Positions 27,158 through 37,929 are shown, numbered from the stretch's first letter. The stretch is 64,000 nucleotides of DNA from Bacteroidetes bacterium CG12_big_fil_rev_8_21_14_0_65_60_17 (GCA_002787815.1 PCUY01000062.1:7323-71322); one strand, 5' to 3'. Notes: a model not told the origin generated them from the sequence alone. Program-made: numbers and translations.

Positions 27158-28140
27158 CGAGTACGAAGGATATCGAATGGGCGGCACGCATCCTGCGTCG
27201 GGGTGGACTGATTGCGTTTCCGACCGAGACGGTCTACGGCCTGGGGGCACACGCTCTCCTGCCCGAGGCGGTCCGTGCCATATTCAAGGCAAAGGGAAGG
27301 CCTTCGGACAATCCGCTCATCGTCCACATTGGACGACGGGAGGATGTGAGCCGGATTGCGCGGGACGTGCCGGAGAGCGCGCTCCGGCTCATGAATGCGT
27401 TCTGGCCAGGCCCCCTCAGTATCGTATTGCCGAGACGATGGGACGTACCCGATGTGGTGACCGGGGGAAGGGACACGGTGGCCATCCGCATGCCCGATCA
27501 TCCGGTGGCCCTGCGCCTGTTGCAGGTGGCCGACGTGCCGGTGGCGGCGCCGAGCGCAAACCGCTCCGGAGCACCAAGTCCGACTACCAGCCAGGCGGTA
27601 CTGGAGGACCTTGGAGACCGGATTGACGGTGTACTTGAAGGGGGAGTCCCCCGCGTCGGTCTGGAGTCGACCGTGGTGGATTGCACGGGTATCCAACCGG
27701 TCGTACTGCGCCATGGCGGCATCCCGCTGGAGGAGCTGCGCCTCGTCGAGCCCGACATTCGCGTTGCCACGACGGCAGAGCTCGGCGCCGGTCGAAGCCC
27801 GGGTGCGCGACATGTGCACTACCGGCCGCGTGCCCGGGTCTGGATCGTGACTCCGGGAGATGCGGCGCAGGGTGGCATGCCCCCCGGGAGCGCATGGATC
27901 GGGCAGTCAGAGCCGGCGGACCGGGGGTACGGACTGACACCCTGGGCAAAAATCGAAGTGGTTCCGGATGTGGAAACCTATGCGCGTCGCATTTTTGCCT
28001 TTTTCAGGGAGTGTGACAGGGAGGGTATAGCGCATATCCATTGCGAAAATGTGCAGCCGGGTGGTCTTGGGGAGGCGCTCATGGATCGTCTGCGGCGGGC
28101 GGCCGGTGACGATTCCATCCCGGGGTATACGGGGCCTTGA
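27154..28140 (+). CDS. sua5: L-threonylcarbamoyladenylate synthase (Sua5 type)
   Basis: FPTETVYGLG, KGRPSDNPLIVH, FWPGPL, AAPSANRSG, GLESTVVD, C-terminal SUA5 domain (SPG..HY, ALMDRLRRAA). Confidence 0.95.
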   Translation: MTSTKDIEWAARILRRGGLIAFPTETVYGLGAHALLPEAVRAIFKAKGRPSDNPLIVHIGRREDVSRIARDVPESALRLMNAFWPGPLSIVLPRRWDVPDVVTGGRDTVAIRMPDHPVALRLLQVADVPVAAPSANRSGAPSPTTSQAVLEDLGDRIDGVLEGGVPRVGLESTVVDCTGIQPVVLRHGGIPLEELRLVEPDIRVATTAELGAGRSPGARHVHYRPRARVWIVTPGDAAQGGMPPGSAWIGQSEPADRGYGLTPWAKIEVVPDVETYARRIFAFFRECDREGIAHIHCENVQPGGLGEALMDRLRRAAGDDSIPGYTGP

Positions 28141-28200
28141 AGATGTACAGGGGCTTGAAGAGGTGCGGGGAAGACGTCTCGGTCGGAACCCGGACTGTTC

Positions 28201-29001
28201 TCAGAACCGGACCCGGAAGCCGAGCGTCTGGGCACTGGTAATGGGTTCAAATGACGGCCCGTCACTTTCCGTGTGGCGCGCACCGTGGCGCCGGGAGAGC
28301 CACCAGGCGGTCGTCGTGCCCATGAACGCGCCTGCAAGGACATCCGACGGCCAGTGGAAAGCCAACACGATGCGCGATGAGGTGGTCGCGAGCGCTAGTC
28401 CCCCCAGAATCCACATGGATGGTTCAGGGTAGTAGAACACCCAGGGCATGACCCCGGCGAAAACCGTCGTGGCGTGGCCACTCGGGAATGACGAGTTGCC
28501 GGAGAATGGCTCGAAGGAGTCGGCACCCATGTCCTGGAAGGGACGCGCCCGTCCTATGGCGACCTTCAACACATTGGTGCCCAGATTGGCGAGCGCAAGG
28601 GCTTCAAGGCTTGTGAAGGCAGCATCCTGTGCCCGCGTGCTTCCTTCGAACAGGGTTCCAACAAAGATTACGAAGGCCAGGGGGCGCATGGCGTCCGCAT
28701 CTCCAAACTCCTCGGCAGCCCGGAAGAATTCCTCAGCGCCGAGGGACCGTGCTTCCCGGGAGAGAGTTGCGTCCCATGCCGATGTGGTGGCAATAACGAG
28801 GCCGGCCGTACCAAGGCGCAGTGGCGGTGTCCGGACGAGCGCCGTGGGTATGGCCCGGGCATCCGAGGATAGCCAATGAACAAACCGAAGGGGGTCATCA
28901 CTGGACTGGGCATGTGCGTTGTCCGACCCCTGTGCGACGAAGGACAGGGCGACAATGGCCGCCAACAGGAGGGGGCGTATGTGCAGGTGTGGCAGTGCCA
29001 T
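28201..29001 (-). CDS. PAP2-family phosphatase
   Basis: KVAIGRARP, SFPSGH, SRIVLAFHWPSDV. Confidence 0.9.
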   Translation of the reverse strand: MALPHLHIRPLLLAAIVALSFVAQGSDNAHAQSSDDPLRFVHWLSSDARAIPTALVRTPPLRLGTAGLVIATTSAWDATLSREARSLGAEEFFRAAEEFGDADAMRPLAFVIFVGTLFEGSTRAQDAAFTSLEALALANLGTNVLKVAIGRARPFQDMGADSFEPFSGNSSFPSGHATTVFAGVMPWVFYYPEPSMWILGGLALATTSSRIVLAFHWPSDVLAGAFMGTTTAWWLSRRHGARHTESDGPSFEPITSAQTLGFRVRF

Positions 29002-29076
29002 CTGAAACGTGTATCTTCGCGGGTACGGAGGGACAGATTACGGTCTCCAGAATATAGGATCCATCCAGAAATCACC

Positions 29077-29532
29077 ATGAGCGACATCCGTATACGCCGG
29101 GCAGGGGCCCGGGACGTGGCGCAACTGGCACCCCTGTTTGACGGGTATCGGCAGTTTTACGGAAAACAAAGTGATCTACCCGGGGCGCACCTCTTTTTGA
29201 CCCGGCGCCTGGAGCGGGGAGAGGCCGTTGTATTTCAGGCTGAGACAGATCAGGCCGTTGGGTTTACGCTGCTTTACCCCATTTTTTCATCGGTGCGCAT
29301 GTTGCCTGTGTGGGTACTCAACGATTTGTTCGTCGATCCTGATTTCCGCAGGTTGGGTGCAGGCCGAAAGCTGCTCCTGCACGCGGAGGAATTTGCCCGC
29401 GCGACGGGTGCGGCCGGGCTGGAGCTTGCCACGGAGAAGGACAACACAGGCGCCAAATCGGTGTATGAGCGCCTGGGGTGGACACTCGACAAGGCATTCG
29501 ATCACTACTCGCGGGACTTCGGGACGCCATGA
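29077..29532 (+). CDS. GNAT family N-acetyltransferase
   Basis: LFDGYRQFY, LNDLFVDPDFRRLGAGRKLL, NTGAKSVYERLG. Confidence 0.92.
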   Translation: MSDIRIRRAGARDVAQLAPLFDGYRQFYGKQSDLPGAHLFLTRRLERGEAVVFQAETDQAVGFTLLYPIFSSVRMLPVWVLNDLFVDPDFRRLGAGRKLLLHAEEFARATGAAGLELATEKDNTGAKSVYERLGWTLDKAFDHYSRDFGTP

Positions 29533-30497
29533 CTGCGAAGGCGAGCGTGCGCAGCATGCAGCTGCCGGAATCGGAAGGGCCTGCGTTGTTGGTGCATGGT
29601 GGCGCGTGGGACATTCCTCCCGGGGAGTGGACAAATCATGAACGTGGCCTCGGGGAGGCGCTGTCGACCGGTGCCGCGATGCTGCTGGAGGGCGCAGCGG
29701 CGGTCGATGTGGTTACCGAGGTGGTCGCTGGCATGGAGGCGCATGGCGCGTTTGATGCCGGCAGGGGGTCGGTGCTGACCCGGGGTGGATTCGTGGAAAT
29801 GGATGCTGGTATCATGTGTGGCCGCCGCGCCGCATACGGCGCGGCGGCCCTCTTGCGGGAAACGGTGCATCCGATTCGTCTGGCCCGGGCGCTGATGGAG
29901 GCGGAGCACGCGCTCCTCCGTTTTGCGGCCGGACCGGAGGCCGATCGAATGGCCGGCATGTTCGGTCTGCAACAGGAACAGAACCCGTGGTTTGTGAGTG
30001 CCCGGGAACGTGACCGTCATGAGGCCATTGCCCGCGATCTGGGCACATTCCATCCAAGCCAGCCGTTCCACGGCCGCGGCACACCTCGCGGGACGGTTGG
30101 CGCCGTGGCCCGTGATCTCAGCGGTGATCTCGCGGCGGCAACGTCGACGGGAGGGACCCCGTTTCGGCCGGAAGGGCGCATTGGAGACACGCCGTTGCCC
30201 GGATGCGGGTTTTTTGCGGATGACGTTGCCGCCGCGAGTGCGACCGGGTGGGGAGAGGCCATCTCTGCATCGATACTCTGCGCCAGGGCGGTTCTGGATG
30301 ACATGTCGCCCGTCGAGGCCGCGAATTCCCGGGTCCGGGACATGTACAGGCGTATTGTGGCGCCGGACGGAGGGGGCGCGACCGGCGGGTTGATCCTGCT
30401 TACGGCGCGCGCCGGCGGGGCGGTGGCCTGGACCACGCCCCGCATGGCGCGCGCCGCATGGAGCGCTGATGGGACATCATTTTTGGTCGTAGATTGA
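29529..30497 (+). CDS. Isoaspartyl peptidase / L-asparaginase (Ntn hydrolase)
   Basis: LVHGGA, FDAGRGS, EMDAGIM, GTVGAVA (Thr nucleophile), AATSTGG, GRIGDTP, TGWGE. Confidence 0.9.
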   Translation: MTAKASVRSMQLPESEGPALLVHGGAWDIPPGEWTNHERGLGEALSTGAAMLLEGAAAVDVVTEVVAGMEAHGAFDAGRGSVLTRGGFVEMDAGIMCGRRAAYGAAALLRETVHPIRLARALMEAEHALLRFAAGPEADRMAGMFGLQQEQNPWFVSARERDRHEAIARDLGTFHPSQPFHGRGTPRGTVGAVARDLSGDLAAATSTGGTPFRPEGRIGDTPLPGCGFFADDVAAASATGWGEAISASILCARAVLDDMSPVEAANSRVRDMYRRIVAPDGGGATGGLILLTARAGGAVAWTTPRMARAAWSADGTSFLVVD

Positions 30498-30519
30498 TGA
30501 GCGGTTCACCCCATCCACC

Positions 30520-32046
30520 ATGCTGTTGACTCCTTTTTCCGGATCCCGTCTGTGTATTGCCGTCGTGCTGCTGGGTGCGTCCGTACTGCAGGGATGTGCA
30601 GTGTTTTCGGGTACGCGTCTCCCCGACGAGGCGACACTGCGAGCCGCGGTACCGGCACCGGAACGGGAATTTCGGGCTGCCTGGGTGGCAACGGTGGCCA
30701 ATATTGACTGGCCCTCGGCTCCGGGACTGGCCGTATGGCAGCAGCAGGCTGAACTGCGAACGATCCTGGACCGGGCTGCAGCCATGGGACTCAATGCCAT
30801 TGTCCTGCAGGTGCGACCGACAGCCGATGCGTTCTACGACAGTCCGCTGGAGCCCTGGTCGTGGTATCTGAGCGGGAAACAGGGAACAGCCCCGTCACCG
30901 CCATACGACCCGCTGGCGTTTGCCATTGAGGAGGCCCATCGCCGGGGGCTCGAATTGCACGCCTGGTTCAATCCCTACCGTGCGCTGCATCCAACCGCCC
31001 TGGACTCGGTGAGCGCACTGCACGTATGGCGGCGGCTACCGGATGTGACGGTGCCTTACGGAGAACTTGTATGGATGGACCCGGGAAGTCAGGCTGCGAC
31101 GGAGCAGTCGTTGGCTGTAATGCTGGACGTTGTTCGCCGCTATGACGTGGATGGGATACACCTGGACGACTACTTTTATCCGTATCCCGTGACCGGAGAT
31201 AATGGCCAGCTGGTTCCGTTTCCTGACTCGTTGTCCTTTTCGGGGGATGCTGCGGACCGGCTCCCGCTCGACGATTGGCGGCGTCGGAACGTGGACACAT
31301 TCATCCGCACACTGTATGAGGAGGTCAAGGCGGTCAAGCCGTGGGTAAAGGTGGGTATTTCTCCGTTTGGTATCTGGCGACCTGGATACCCGGCGTCCAT
31401 TACGGGTTTTGACCAGTATGAAGGCTTGTTTGCAGACGCCCGGAAGTGGCTTCGCGAGGGCTGGATTGATTATTTCTCGCCTCAACTCTACTGGGCCATG
31501 GACAGCAGCGGTCAGAGTTATCCGAAACTGTTGGATTGGTGGATCGGGGAGAATGTCCATGGACGGCATATATGGCCGGGAAACTATACGAGCCGGGTCA
31601 TCCTGGATGGGAATGCCCATTGGGATCCCGCCGAAATTGTCCGGCAAATCAGACATACGCGATCGACGCCGGGTGCCACGGGCAACGTTCATTTTTCCAT
31701 GCGCGCCCTGATGCCGGCGTCACACGGGATGGGACGTGCTGTTGCGCAGGAATACGCCAGCCCTGCGCTCATACCAGCCAGTCCATGGTTGGACGACGCA
31801 CGTCCGGAGGCGCCGCTCGTATCGGTGACGTCCACACACGTCGCCATCCAACCGCAGGGGGACGTGCAGGCGCGATGGTGGTCCATTCACTGGTTCGACG
31901 GAAGGCGGTGGGATTTCGACGTCATTCCGGCCTGGCAGCAACGACTTTCCGTTCCCGCCGGTGTCGACCCTGAATATCTTGCCGTGCGCGCGGTGTCGCG
32001 TACGGGTATTGCTTCCTTACCCTCACTTCTGCGGATACGTGACTGA
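30520..32046 (+). CDS. GHL10/DUF187 glycoside hydrolase lipoprotein (YddW/DigH-like)
   Basis: Lipobox LQGC; EFRAAWVATVANIDWPS, LQVRP, HAWFNPYR, YDVDGIHLDDYFYPY, GISPFGIW, PQLYW. Confidence 0.92.
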   Translation: MLLTPFSGSRLCIAVVLLGASVLQGCAVFSGTRLPDEATLRAAVPAPEREFRAAWVATVANIDWPSAPGLAVWQQQAELRTILDRAAAMGLNAIVLQVRPTADAFYDSPLEPWSWYLSGKQGTAPSPPYDPLAFAIEEAHRRGLELHAWFNPYRALHPTALDSVSALHVWRRLPDVTVPYGELVWMDPGSQAATEQSLAVMLDVVRRYDVDGIHLDDYFYPYPVTGDNGQLVPFPDSLSFSGDAADRLPLDDWRRRNVDTFIRTLYEEVKAVKPWVKVGISPFGIWRPGYPASITGFDQYEGLFADARKWLREGWIDYFSPQLYWAMDSSGQSYPKLLDWWIGENVHGRHIWPGNYTSRVILDGNAHWDPAEIVRQIRHTRSTPGATGNVHFSMRALMPASHGMGRAVAQEYASPALIPASPWLDDARPEAPLVSVTSTHVAIQPQGDVQARWWSIHWFDGRRWDFDVIPAWQQRLSVPAGVDPEYLAVRAVSRTGIASLPSLLRIRD

Positions 32047-35032
32047 TTTCCTTCCTTTTCGTTTGCTTCTCCTGGTGCTTCTGGCCGGGTGTACCTCGAC
32101 CCGGGCCACACGTGTTGCAGATACGCCCCACGACCGGTTCACGTGGCATCTGGAGCAGGTGCTTGCGAACTGCGACTGGTGCCATGACGACTCCGGGCTG
32201 GATTCGCTGGTCATTGACCCTGCTGCACAGCGACTCGAAGTCTACTTCAACGACGCATTCGCCCAGGTACCTTTTCGCGACAGCACGCTGATGGCGTTCG
32301 AGGGGGACGTGCTCCGCGGCATACCGGAGGAACTGGCCGCTTGGCATGTTGACCTGGCAAGTCTGGGAGCTCCGCTCTCCCGCCTAGTACCCAACCTCTA
32401 CTCCCGGAGACCCGACCCGGAGAAGACGCCCGTCAGTGACGATGCAGTGCGGCCGCTGGTCGATCCGGTGAACAGTCCGTGGCGACAGGGTGCACTCCGT
32501 GGGCGCCACATCGCGGTATGGCCCAGTCATGGCTGGTACTGGGAAGGTGCACTGGAACGGTGGGAATGGCAACGTGCTCGTCTCTTTCAGACCGTCGAGG
32601 ACCTGCTTCCCTTCTCGTTTGTGGTGCCCTATCTGGCGCCCATGTTGGAGCGTGCCGGCGCCAATGTGCATATGCCCCGCGAACGGGACATGCAGATGCA
32701 CGAAGTTGTTGTCGACAACGACGGGATGTCGGACGCGCGGTCGCGATATCTGGAAGTGGGCCCTGAAGGTGCCAGCTGGAGGGCCGGAAGGGGTGACGGG
32801 TTTGCCTTTCGGGAGCGGTGGCAGACGGGTGAGAATCCGTTCGAGCAGGGTACCTATCGCATTGCAGACGCCAGCCCGGAGCCGACGGCGGAGCTTGCCT
32901 GGGTTCCGGATATTCCTGAGGCAGGCAGGTATGCCGTGTACGTGTCATGGGCCAGGCTCGATGCGGCTGCTCCCGATGCGGAATACGTAGTACATCATAC
33001 GGGAGGTAAGACATCGTTTCGGGTGGATCAGCGAATGGGGGGTGGAACGTGGGTCTATCTGGGGACCTTCCGGTTCGAGGCCGGGGTTTCGGCCGAGAGT
33101 GGAGCAGTCAGGTTGTCCAACCGGAGTCGCCGGGAGGGGGCACTTGTGTCGGCCGATGCGGTCCGGTTTGGAGGGGGAATGGGTAATGTGGAGCGGGGTG
33201 GCCAGGTGAGTGGTCGACCCCGTTTCATGGAGGGTGCCCGATACTTCATGCAGTACGCCGGCATGCCTGCCGACTTGGTGTACAATGTGACCGAGTCTAC
33301 CAACGATTATGTGGATGACTACCGGGGACGTGCCGAATGGGTCAACTATCTGCGTGGACGGCCCGAAGGACCCAACAAGAACCGTCTGGCCGGGGGGCTC
33401 GGTATACCGATTGATCTGTCTCTGGCGTTTCATACAGATGCCGGTGTAACCCGTTCGGACTCGACCGTGGGTACGCTCATGATCTATTCGTCCACGGGTA
33501 TGTTGGGCGAGCGTTCGTTCCCGGACGGCATGTCCCGGTTTGCGAACCGGGATCTGGCTGACATCATGCAAACCCTGATCGTAGAAGACATTCGCGCGCT
33601 CTACGATACGTCCTGGACCCGGCGGGACATCTGGGACAGGGACTACAGTGAAGCTGTTCGGCCGAACGTGCCCGGCGTGCTTTTGGAGTTGCTTTCCCAT
33701 CAGAACTTCGCCGACATGCAATTCGCACTCGACCCGCGGTTTCGGCATGATGTGGCGCGTTCCATCTACAAGGCCATGGTCCGGTTTCTGGCTGCTCAGC
33801 ATGGGGAGCAGCCGGTGATTACCCCGCTGGCACCCGATCATCTCTCGGCTGTCTGGAGCCCTGGCGGAACACTTGAACTGTCCTGGGAGGGGCGGGAGGA
33901 TCCGCTGGAGCCCTCGGCAAGCCCCGCTGCCTATGTGGTTTACATGCGCCGCTCCGATGGAGGTTATGACAATGGCCGACTGATCCAGGGAAACCGGCTG
34001 GTTTTGAGCCACATGGAGCAGGGCGTGGTGTATGGGTTCCGGGTATCGGCCGTCAACAGAGGGGGGGAAAGTCTCCCGTCGGAGGAAGTAGCGGTTGCAT
34101 CTGCCGGCCCGGGCGCTCCCACCATGCTGGTGGTTTCGGCGTTCGACCGACTGGCGGCGCCCGCATCCATCGATGAAAACAGATTCCGTGGATTCGGCTA
34201 CGTACAGGATGAGGGCGTCTCCGACGGTTGGGATCCGGCCTTTGTCGGTCATCAGTATGATTTCGATCCGGATTCCCGGTGGTTGGACGATGACTCACCG
34301 GGACATGGAGCCAGCTATGCGACGTGGGAGGCTGCACCGACGGTGGGCAATACGTTCGACTATGCGGCTGTACATGCCCGCGCGGCACTCGGGGCAGGTT
34401 GGAGCGTGTCTTCCGTGAGCGATGAGCGCTTTGTGGCGATGGATCCAAGCCCGTTCGACGTCGTGAATGTTGTACTCGGCGAGGAACGGAGAACGCATGG
34501 TCCTGGACGTGGTGACACCTCGTTTGAGGCACTGCCACCGGGTGTACGCGAATCCCTGTCACTGGCCCGGAGCGCTGGGGCTTCGCTGCTTCTTTCCGGC
34601 GCTCATGTGGCGACCGACAGTGCGGGTCCCCTTGCCGACAGTCTGTCGCGGGACTGGGCCGAGCGGGTTCTACTCTTCCGGTGGCGCACGGACCATGCCT
34701 CCGAGCGGGGCGACGTGAATGTCGTGTCCGAAATGCTGCAGGATGATGGTGCACCGGGCCAGGGAGCGCTGTCCAGTCTCGTATTCAATACCAGATTCGG
34801 ACAGTCCGTTTACCGGGTGGAAAGCCCGGATGCGCTGGAGCCCGTCAATGCGGCAGAGACGCTCTTGCGCTATGCCGACAACAACATGAGCGCTGCGACG
34901 GGGCATCCCGGGCCCACGGGAGTTGTCGTGCTCGGCTTCCCATTCGAAACCATTCGTGGCGAAGACGTGCGGCGAGACTTCATGCGCCGACTGCTTTTCT
35001 ATCTTCACCCCGAATATCCATATGAGCGTTGA
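32039..35032 (+). CDS. Large lipoprotein: Amidase_3-like catalytic domain with inserted golvesin/xanthan-lyase-like beta module plus FN3 (often annotated 'xanthan lyase')
   Basis: Lipobox LAGC; HIAVWPSHG, WQRARLFQTVEDL, LERAGANV..PRERD, GGTWVYLGTF, ADAVRFGGG, LAFHTDAG, LLELLSHQNF, FN3 FRVSAVNRGGES. Confidence 0.82.
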   Translation: MTDFLPFRLLLLVLLAGCTSTRATRVADTPHDRFTWHLEQVLANCDWCHDDSGLDSLVIDPAAQRLEVYFNDAFAQVPFRDSTLMAFEGDVLRGIPEELAAWHVDLASLGAPLSRLVPNLYSRRPDPEKTPVSDDAVRPLVDPVNSPWRQGALRGRHIAVWPSHGWYWEGALERWEWQRARLFQTVEDLLPFSFVVPYLAPMLERAGANVHMPRERDMQMHEVVVDNDGMSDARSRYLEVGPEGASWRAGRGDGFAFRERWQTGENPFEQGTYRIADASPEPTAELAWVPDIPEAGRYAVYVSWARLDAAAPDAEYVVHHTGGKTSFRVDQRMGGGTWVYLGTFRFEAGVSAESGAVRLSNRSRREGALVSADAVRFGGGMGNVERGGQVSGRPRFMEGARYFMQYAGMPADLVYNVTESTNDYVDDYRGRAEWVNYLRGRPEGPNKNRLAGGLGIPIDLSLAFHTDAGVTRSDSTVGTLMIYSSTGMLGERSFPDGMSRFANRDLADIMQTLIVEDIRALYDTSWTRRDIWDRDYSEAVRPNVPGVLLELLSHQNFADMQFALDPRFRHDVARSIYKAMVRFLAAQHGEQPVITPLAPDHLSAVWSPGGTLELSWEGREDPLEPSASPAAYVVYMRRSDGGYDNGRLIQGNRLVLSHMEQGVVYGFRVSAVNRGGESLPSEEVAVASAGPGAPTMLVVSAFDRLAAPASIDENRFRGFGYVQDEGVSDGWDPAFVGHQYDFDPDSRWLDDDSPGHGASYATWEAAPTVGNTFDYAAVHARAALGAGWSVSSVSDERFVAMDPSPFDVVNVVLGEERRTHGPGRGDTSFEALPPGVRESLSLARSAGASLLLSGAHVATDSAGPLADSLSRDWAERVLLFRWRTDHASERGDVNVVSEMLQDDGAPGQGALSSLVFNTRFGQSVYRVESPDALEPVNAAETLLRYADNNMSAATGHPGPTGVVVLGFPFETIRGEDVRRDFMRRLLFYLHPEYPYER

Positions 35033-35034
35033 CC

Positions 35035-36336
35035 ATGGCTGAACCTCCCGCATCGACCCTGCAGGAACGCCGCAGGGCGTGGAAATGGATTCCTTCGCTC
35101 TATTTCGCCGAGGGTATCCCGTATGTCCTCGTAATGACGGTTTCGGTGGTCATGTATAAACGGCTGGACATTTCCAACGCCGATATTGCGCTGTACACAA
35201 GCTGGCTCTATCTGCCGTGGGTCATCAAGCCGCTCTGGAGCCCGGTTGTGGACTTGTTGGGTACGAAGCGCGCATGGATTACCGGTATGCAGCTTCTTGT
35301 GGGAGCCGCACTGGCCGGCGTGGCCTTTACGATCCCCATGGACAGCTTTTTCCAGTGGTCCCTGGCGTTCCTGTGGCTGGTCGCCTTCAGCAGTGCAACG
35401 CATGACATAGCTGCGGACGGGTTCTACATGCTGGCCATGGACGATGCAAACCAGGCGTGGTTCGTGGGTATCCGCTCAACGTTCTACCGACTGGCCATGA
35501 TCACCGGCCAGGGATTGCTTGTCATGCTGGCCGGATGGTTGGAGGTCAGGCAGTCCTCGGTCCAGGAAGCCTGGGCGGTTACGTTCGGCATCGTGGCTGC
35601 CGGGTTCCTGCTGCTCATGGTCTGGCACCGTTTCGTGCTGCCGGTGCCGGACGAGGATGCGCCAACGGCCCGGGCATCGGGCGCAGCCTTGCTCTCCGAG
35701 TTTCTGGCAACCTTTGTCTCGTTTTTCCGGAAACCGGGAATTGGAATCATTCTTGCATTTTTATTGCTGTATCGCTTTGCTGAAGCGCAACTGGCAAAGA
35801 TGGCCTCCCCGTTCCTGTTGGATTCCGTGGATGCAGGGGGGCTTGCCCTCACAACGGCCCAGGTCGGACTTGTCTACGGGACAGTGGGTGTGCTGGCACT
35901 GACGCTCGGTGGAATCCTGGGCGGAATGATGGTTGCACGGAACGGGCTCAAGTACTGGCTATGGTGGATGGCTATTGCCATAAACGTACCCAATGCCGTC
36001 TATATTTTCCTGTCCTGGTCCATGCCCACATCGCTGCTCGTGGTCAACGCCGCCGTGGCCGCAGAACAATTCGGATACGGTTTCGGATTCACGGCGTACA
36101 TGATGTACATGATTTACGTGTCTGACGGGCCCCACAAAACGGCCCACTTTGCACTCTGTACCGGATTCATGGCACTGGGGATGATGCTTCCCGGGATGGT
36201 ATCCGGTTGGATCCAGGAAGCACTGGGCTACAAGATGTTCTTCGTGTACGTGCTGATCGCGACCGTTCCCGGATTTGTTGCTACGGCGTTGATACCACTG
36301 CGGGAGTCATTCGGGCGCGGGGAGCAGGCGGGATGA
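35035..36336 (+). CDS. ampG: AmpG-family MFS muropeptide permease
   Basis: SLYFAEGIPY, LPWVIKPLWSPVVD, SATHDIAADGFY, TAHFALCTGFMALGMMLPG. Confidence 0.85.
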   Translation: MAEPPASTLQERRRAWKWIPSLYFAEGIPYVLVMTVSVVMYKRLDISNADIALYTSWLYLPWVIKPLWSPVVDLLGTKRAWITGMQLLVGAALAGVAFTIPMDSFFQWSLAFLWLVAFSSATHDIAADGFYMLAMDDANQAWFVGIRSTFYRLAMITGQGLLVMLAGWLEVRQSSVQEAWAVTFGIVAAGFLLLMVWHRFVLPVPDEDAPTARASGAALLSEFLATFVSFFRKPGIGIILAFLLLYRFAEAQLAKMASPFLLDSVDAGGLALTTAQVGLVYGTVGVLALTLGGILGGMMVARNGLKYWLWWMAIAINVPNAVYIFLSWSMPTSLLVVNAAVAAEQFGYGFGFTAYMMYMIYVSDGPHKTAHFALCTGFMALGMMLPGMVSGWIQEALGYKMFFVYVLIATVPGFVATALIPLRESFGRGEQAG

Positions 36337-36340
36337 TTTT

Positions 36341-37750
36341 TTACCATCCTACGCGTCGTACCGTGGGCTTCGGATCCTCTTCTTCGACTGGGGAAGAAGG
36401 ACTGTTTGTGGCACGGCCCCATGCGGAATGGGCATCCAGAATCCGGCCTGATTTTTTTTCTTGAGTAATCGGGTTTCTGTCCGATACCGTTTGTGAAGGC
36501 GCGTCAGGGGCTGGCAAAGCGGCAAGGATCGGCCCGGACGGGACCGATACCGGCGGTGAAGAAAGCCGCTCAAGTCGGCTTCCGGGGTAGTAGAAGGCCA
36601 GGATATCCCGGTGGTCATGTCCCTCGAGGGCACGACCGTGGGCGCCCCACTGGCTGAGGCCTACGCCATGGCCGAAACCGCGACCTTCAAGGTGGTAGGA
36701 TTTTCCCCGGTCATCCAGGGAAAAAAACGTGCTTCGTGCCGATTTCGGGCCGTAGGCATCCGCCAGAAGCGCGCGGAATGCCGTGCCGCTCACGACGCGG
36801 TCGCCCGAGCCCTTCGCCCGGAGTTCAATCGTACGTACACGTCCGTCCGGGGCTGTATCAAGGACACGTACTTCGTGGATCGAAGCACCATAGCGGCGCG
36901 AGAGCAGATCGTGCATCACGTTCTTGTCTACGTCGAACTGCCATTCGGAATAGGGCGAGACCGCATCGAATGGATCTTTGCGAGCCGCGAGGTATGGACG
37001 GGAAGGCGTATCCCATACGCTCGTATTGCTGGCCGTGTATCCACCGTTCGATGCCGAGTAAACGGCCTCCACCAATTCATTACCGTGCAAAAGTACGTAT
37101 CCGGCGGTGTCGTTTGCCGCCTTTTGGGCGGCAGGTGTCGTGAATGACAGTCCTCGAAAGACCTGGCTCCGCTCATCGTCATGCAGCAACTGCCCGGACT
37201 CCTGGGTCGCGAGGGCATAGGTCCTGGCGACCACGGCCATGGCACGCGTACCTTCGGTGTCCTTCAGGCCGTACTCGGCTGAGATGACCGCTGCCACATA
37301 CTCTTCGAGCGGAACGACGTTCACAATTCGGGGATGACCCGTCTTCGGGTGTAGCAGAAACTCCAGTGTTCCACTGTATGTGTTTGCACCTATCTGGAAT
37401 ACGTGTTCCGGCTCCGTGGTCAACGCGAAAGAGTGCCCACGTACCGCGTTGTCGTTCCAGGAGAGTTGGACGCCGCGATCGCTTTTTGCGGCAGAAAGCG
37501 CTGCTCCCGGGGGAAGAGGGTACGTGCGCTTCGAATCTGTATCGACGAGTATGGCCCCGATCGGAGGAACGCGCACGATGGTTTTATCAATTTCCCGGGA
37601 GAGGAGCACACGAACGTGCATCCCGGCTACGTCCTGGGCCTGGGCCGGCGTAATCCCGGATCGATCAGAGAAGACGGCCACAACCAGCAAGAGAAATATG
37701 GAGCGGGCCAGGGTGGATGGTGTGGGAGACGTGAAGCGTTGTACGGGCAT
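36341..37750 (-). CDS. SpoIID/LytB domain lytic transglycosylase
   Basis: VNVVPLEEYVAAVISAE, AMAVVARTYA, SQVFRG, YSASNGG, GRGFGHGVGLSQWGA, ILAFYYPG. Confidence 0.92.
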   Translation of the reverse strand: MPVQRFTSPTPSTLARSIFLLLVVAVFSDRSGITPAQAQDVAGMHVRVLLSREIDKTIVRVPPIGAILVDTDSKRTYPLPPGAALSAAKSDRGVQLSWNDNAVRGHSFALTTEPEHVFQIGANTYSGTLEFLLHPKTGHPRIVNVVPLEEYVAAVISAEYGLKDTEGTRAMAVVARTYALATQESGQLLHDDERSQVFRGLSFTTPAAQKAANDTAGYVLLHGNELVEAVYSASNGGYTASNTSVWDTPSRPYLAARKDPFDAVSPYSEWQFDVDKNVMHDLLSRRYGASIHEVRVLDTAPDGRVRTIELRAKGSGDRVVSGTAFRALLADAYGPKSARSTFFSLDDRGKSYHLEGRGFGHGVGLSQWGAHGRALEGHDHRDILAFYYPGSRLERLSSPPVSVPSGPILAALPAPDAPSQTVSDRNPITQEKKSGRILDAHSAWGRATNSPSSPVEEEDPKPTVRRVGW

Positions 37751-37929
37751 AGTGGCGTTCCTGGTTGGTGTCTCCGGTATCGACGATCGCCATGTGCAAT
37801 TTAAGTAATGCCGAATGGCGCCGATCAGGCTTCACCATTCACACGTGAAACGGTACCGTTCGAGGGGCGCTCAGTACCACTCACTTTGCACGTCGCTCTT
37901 TTTCCGTAACGCTCCGTAACAAATCCTGG

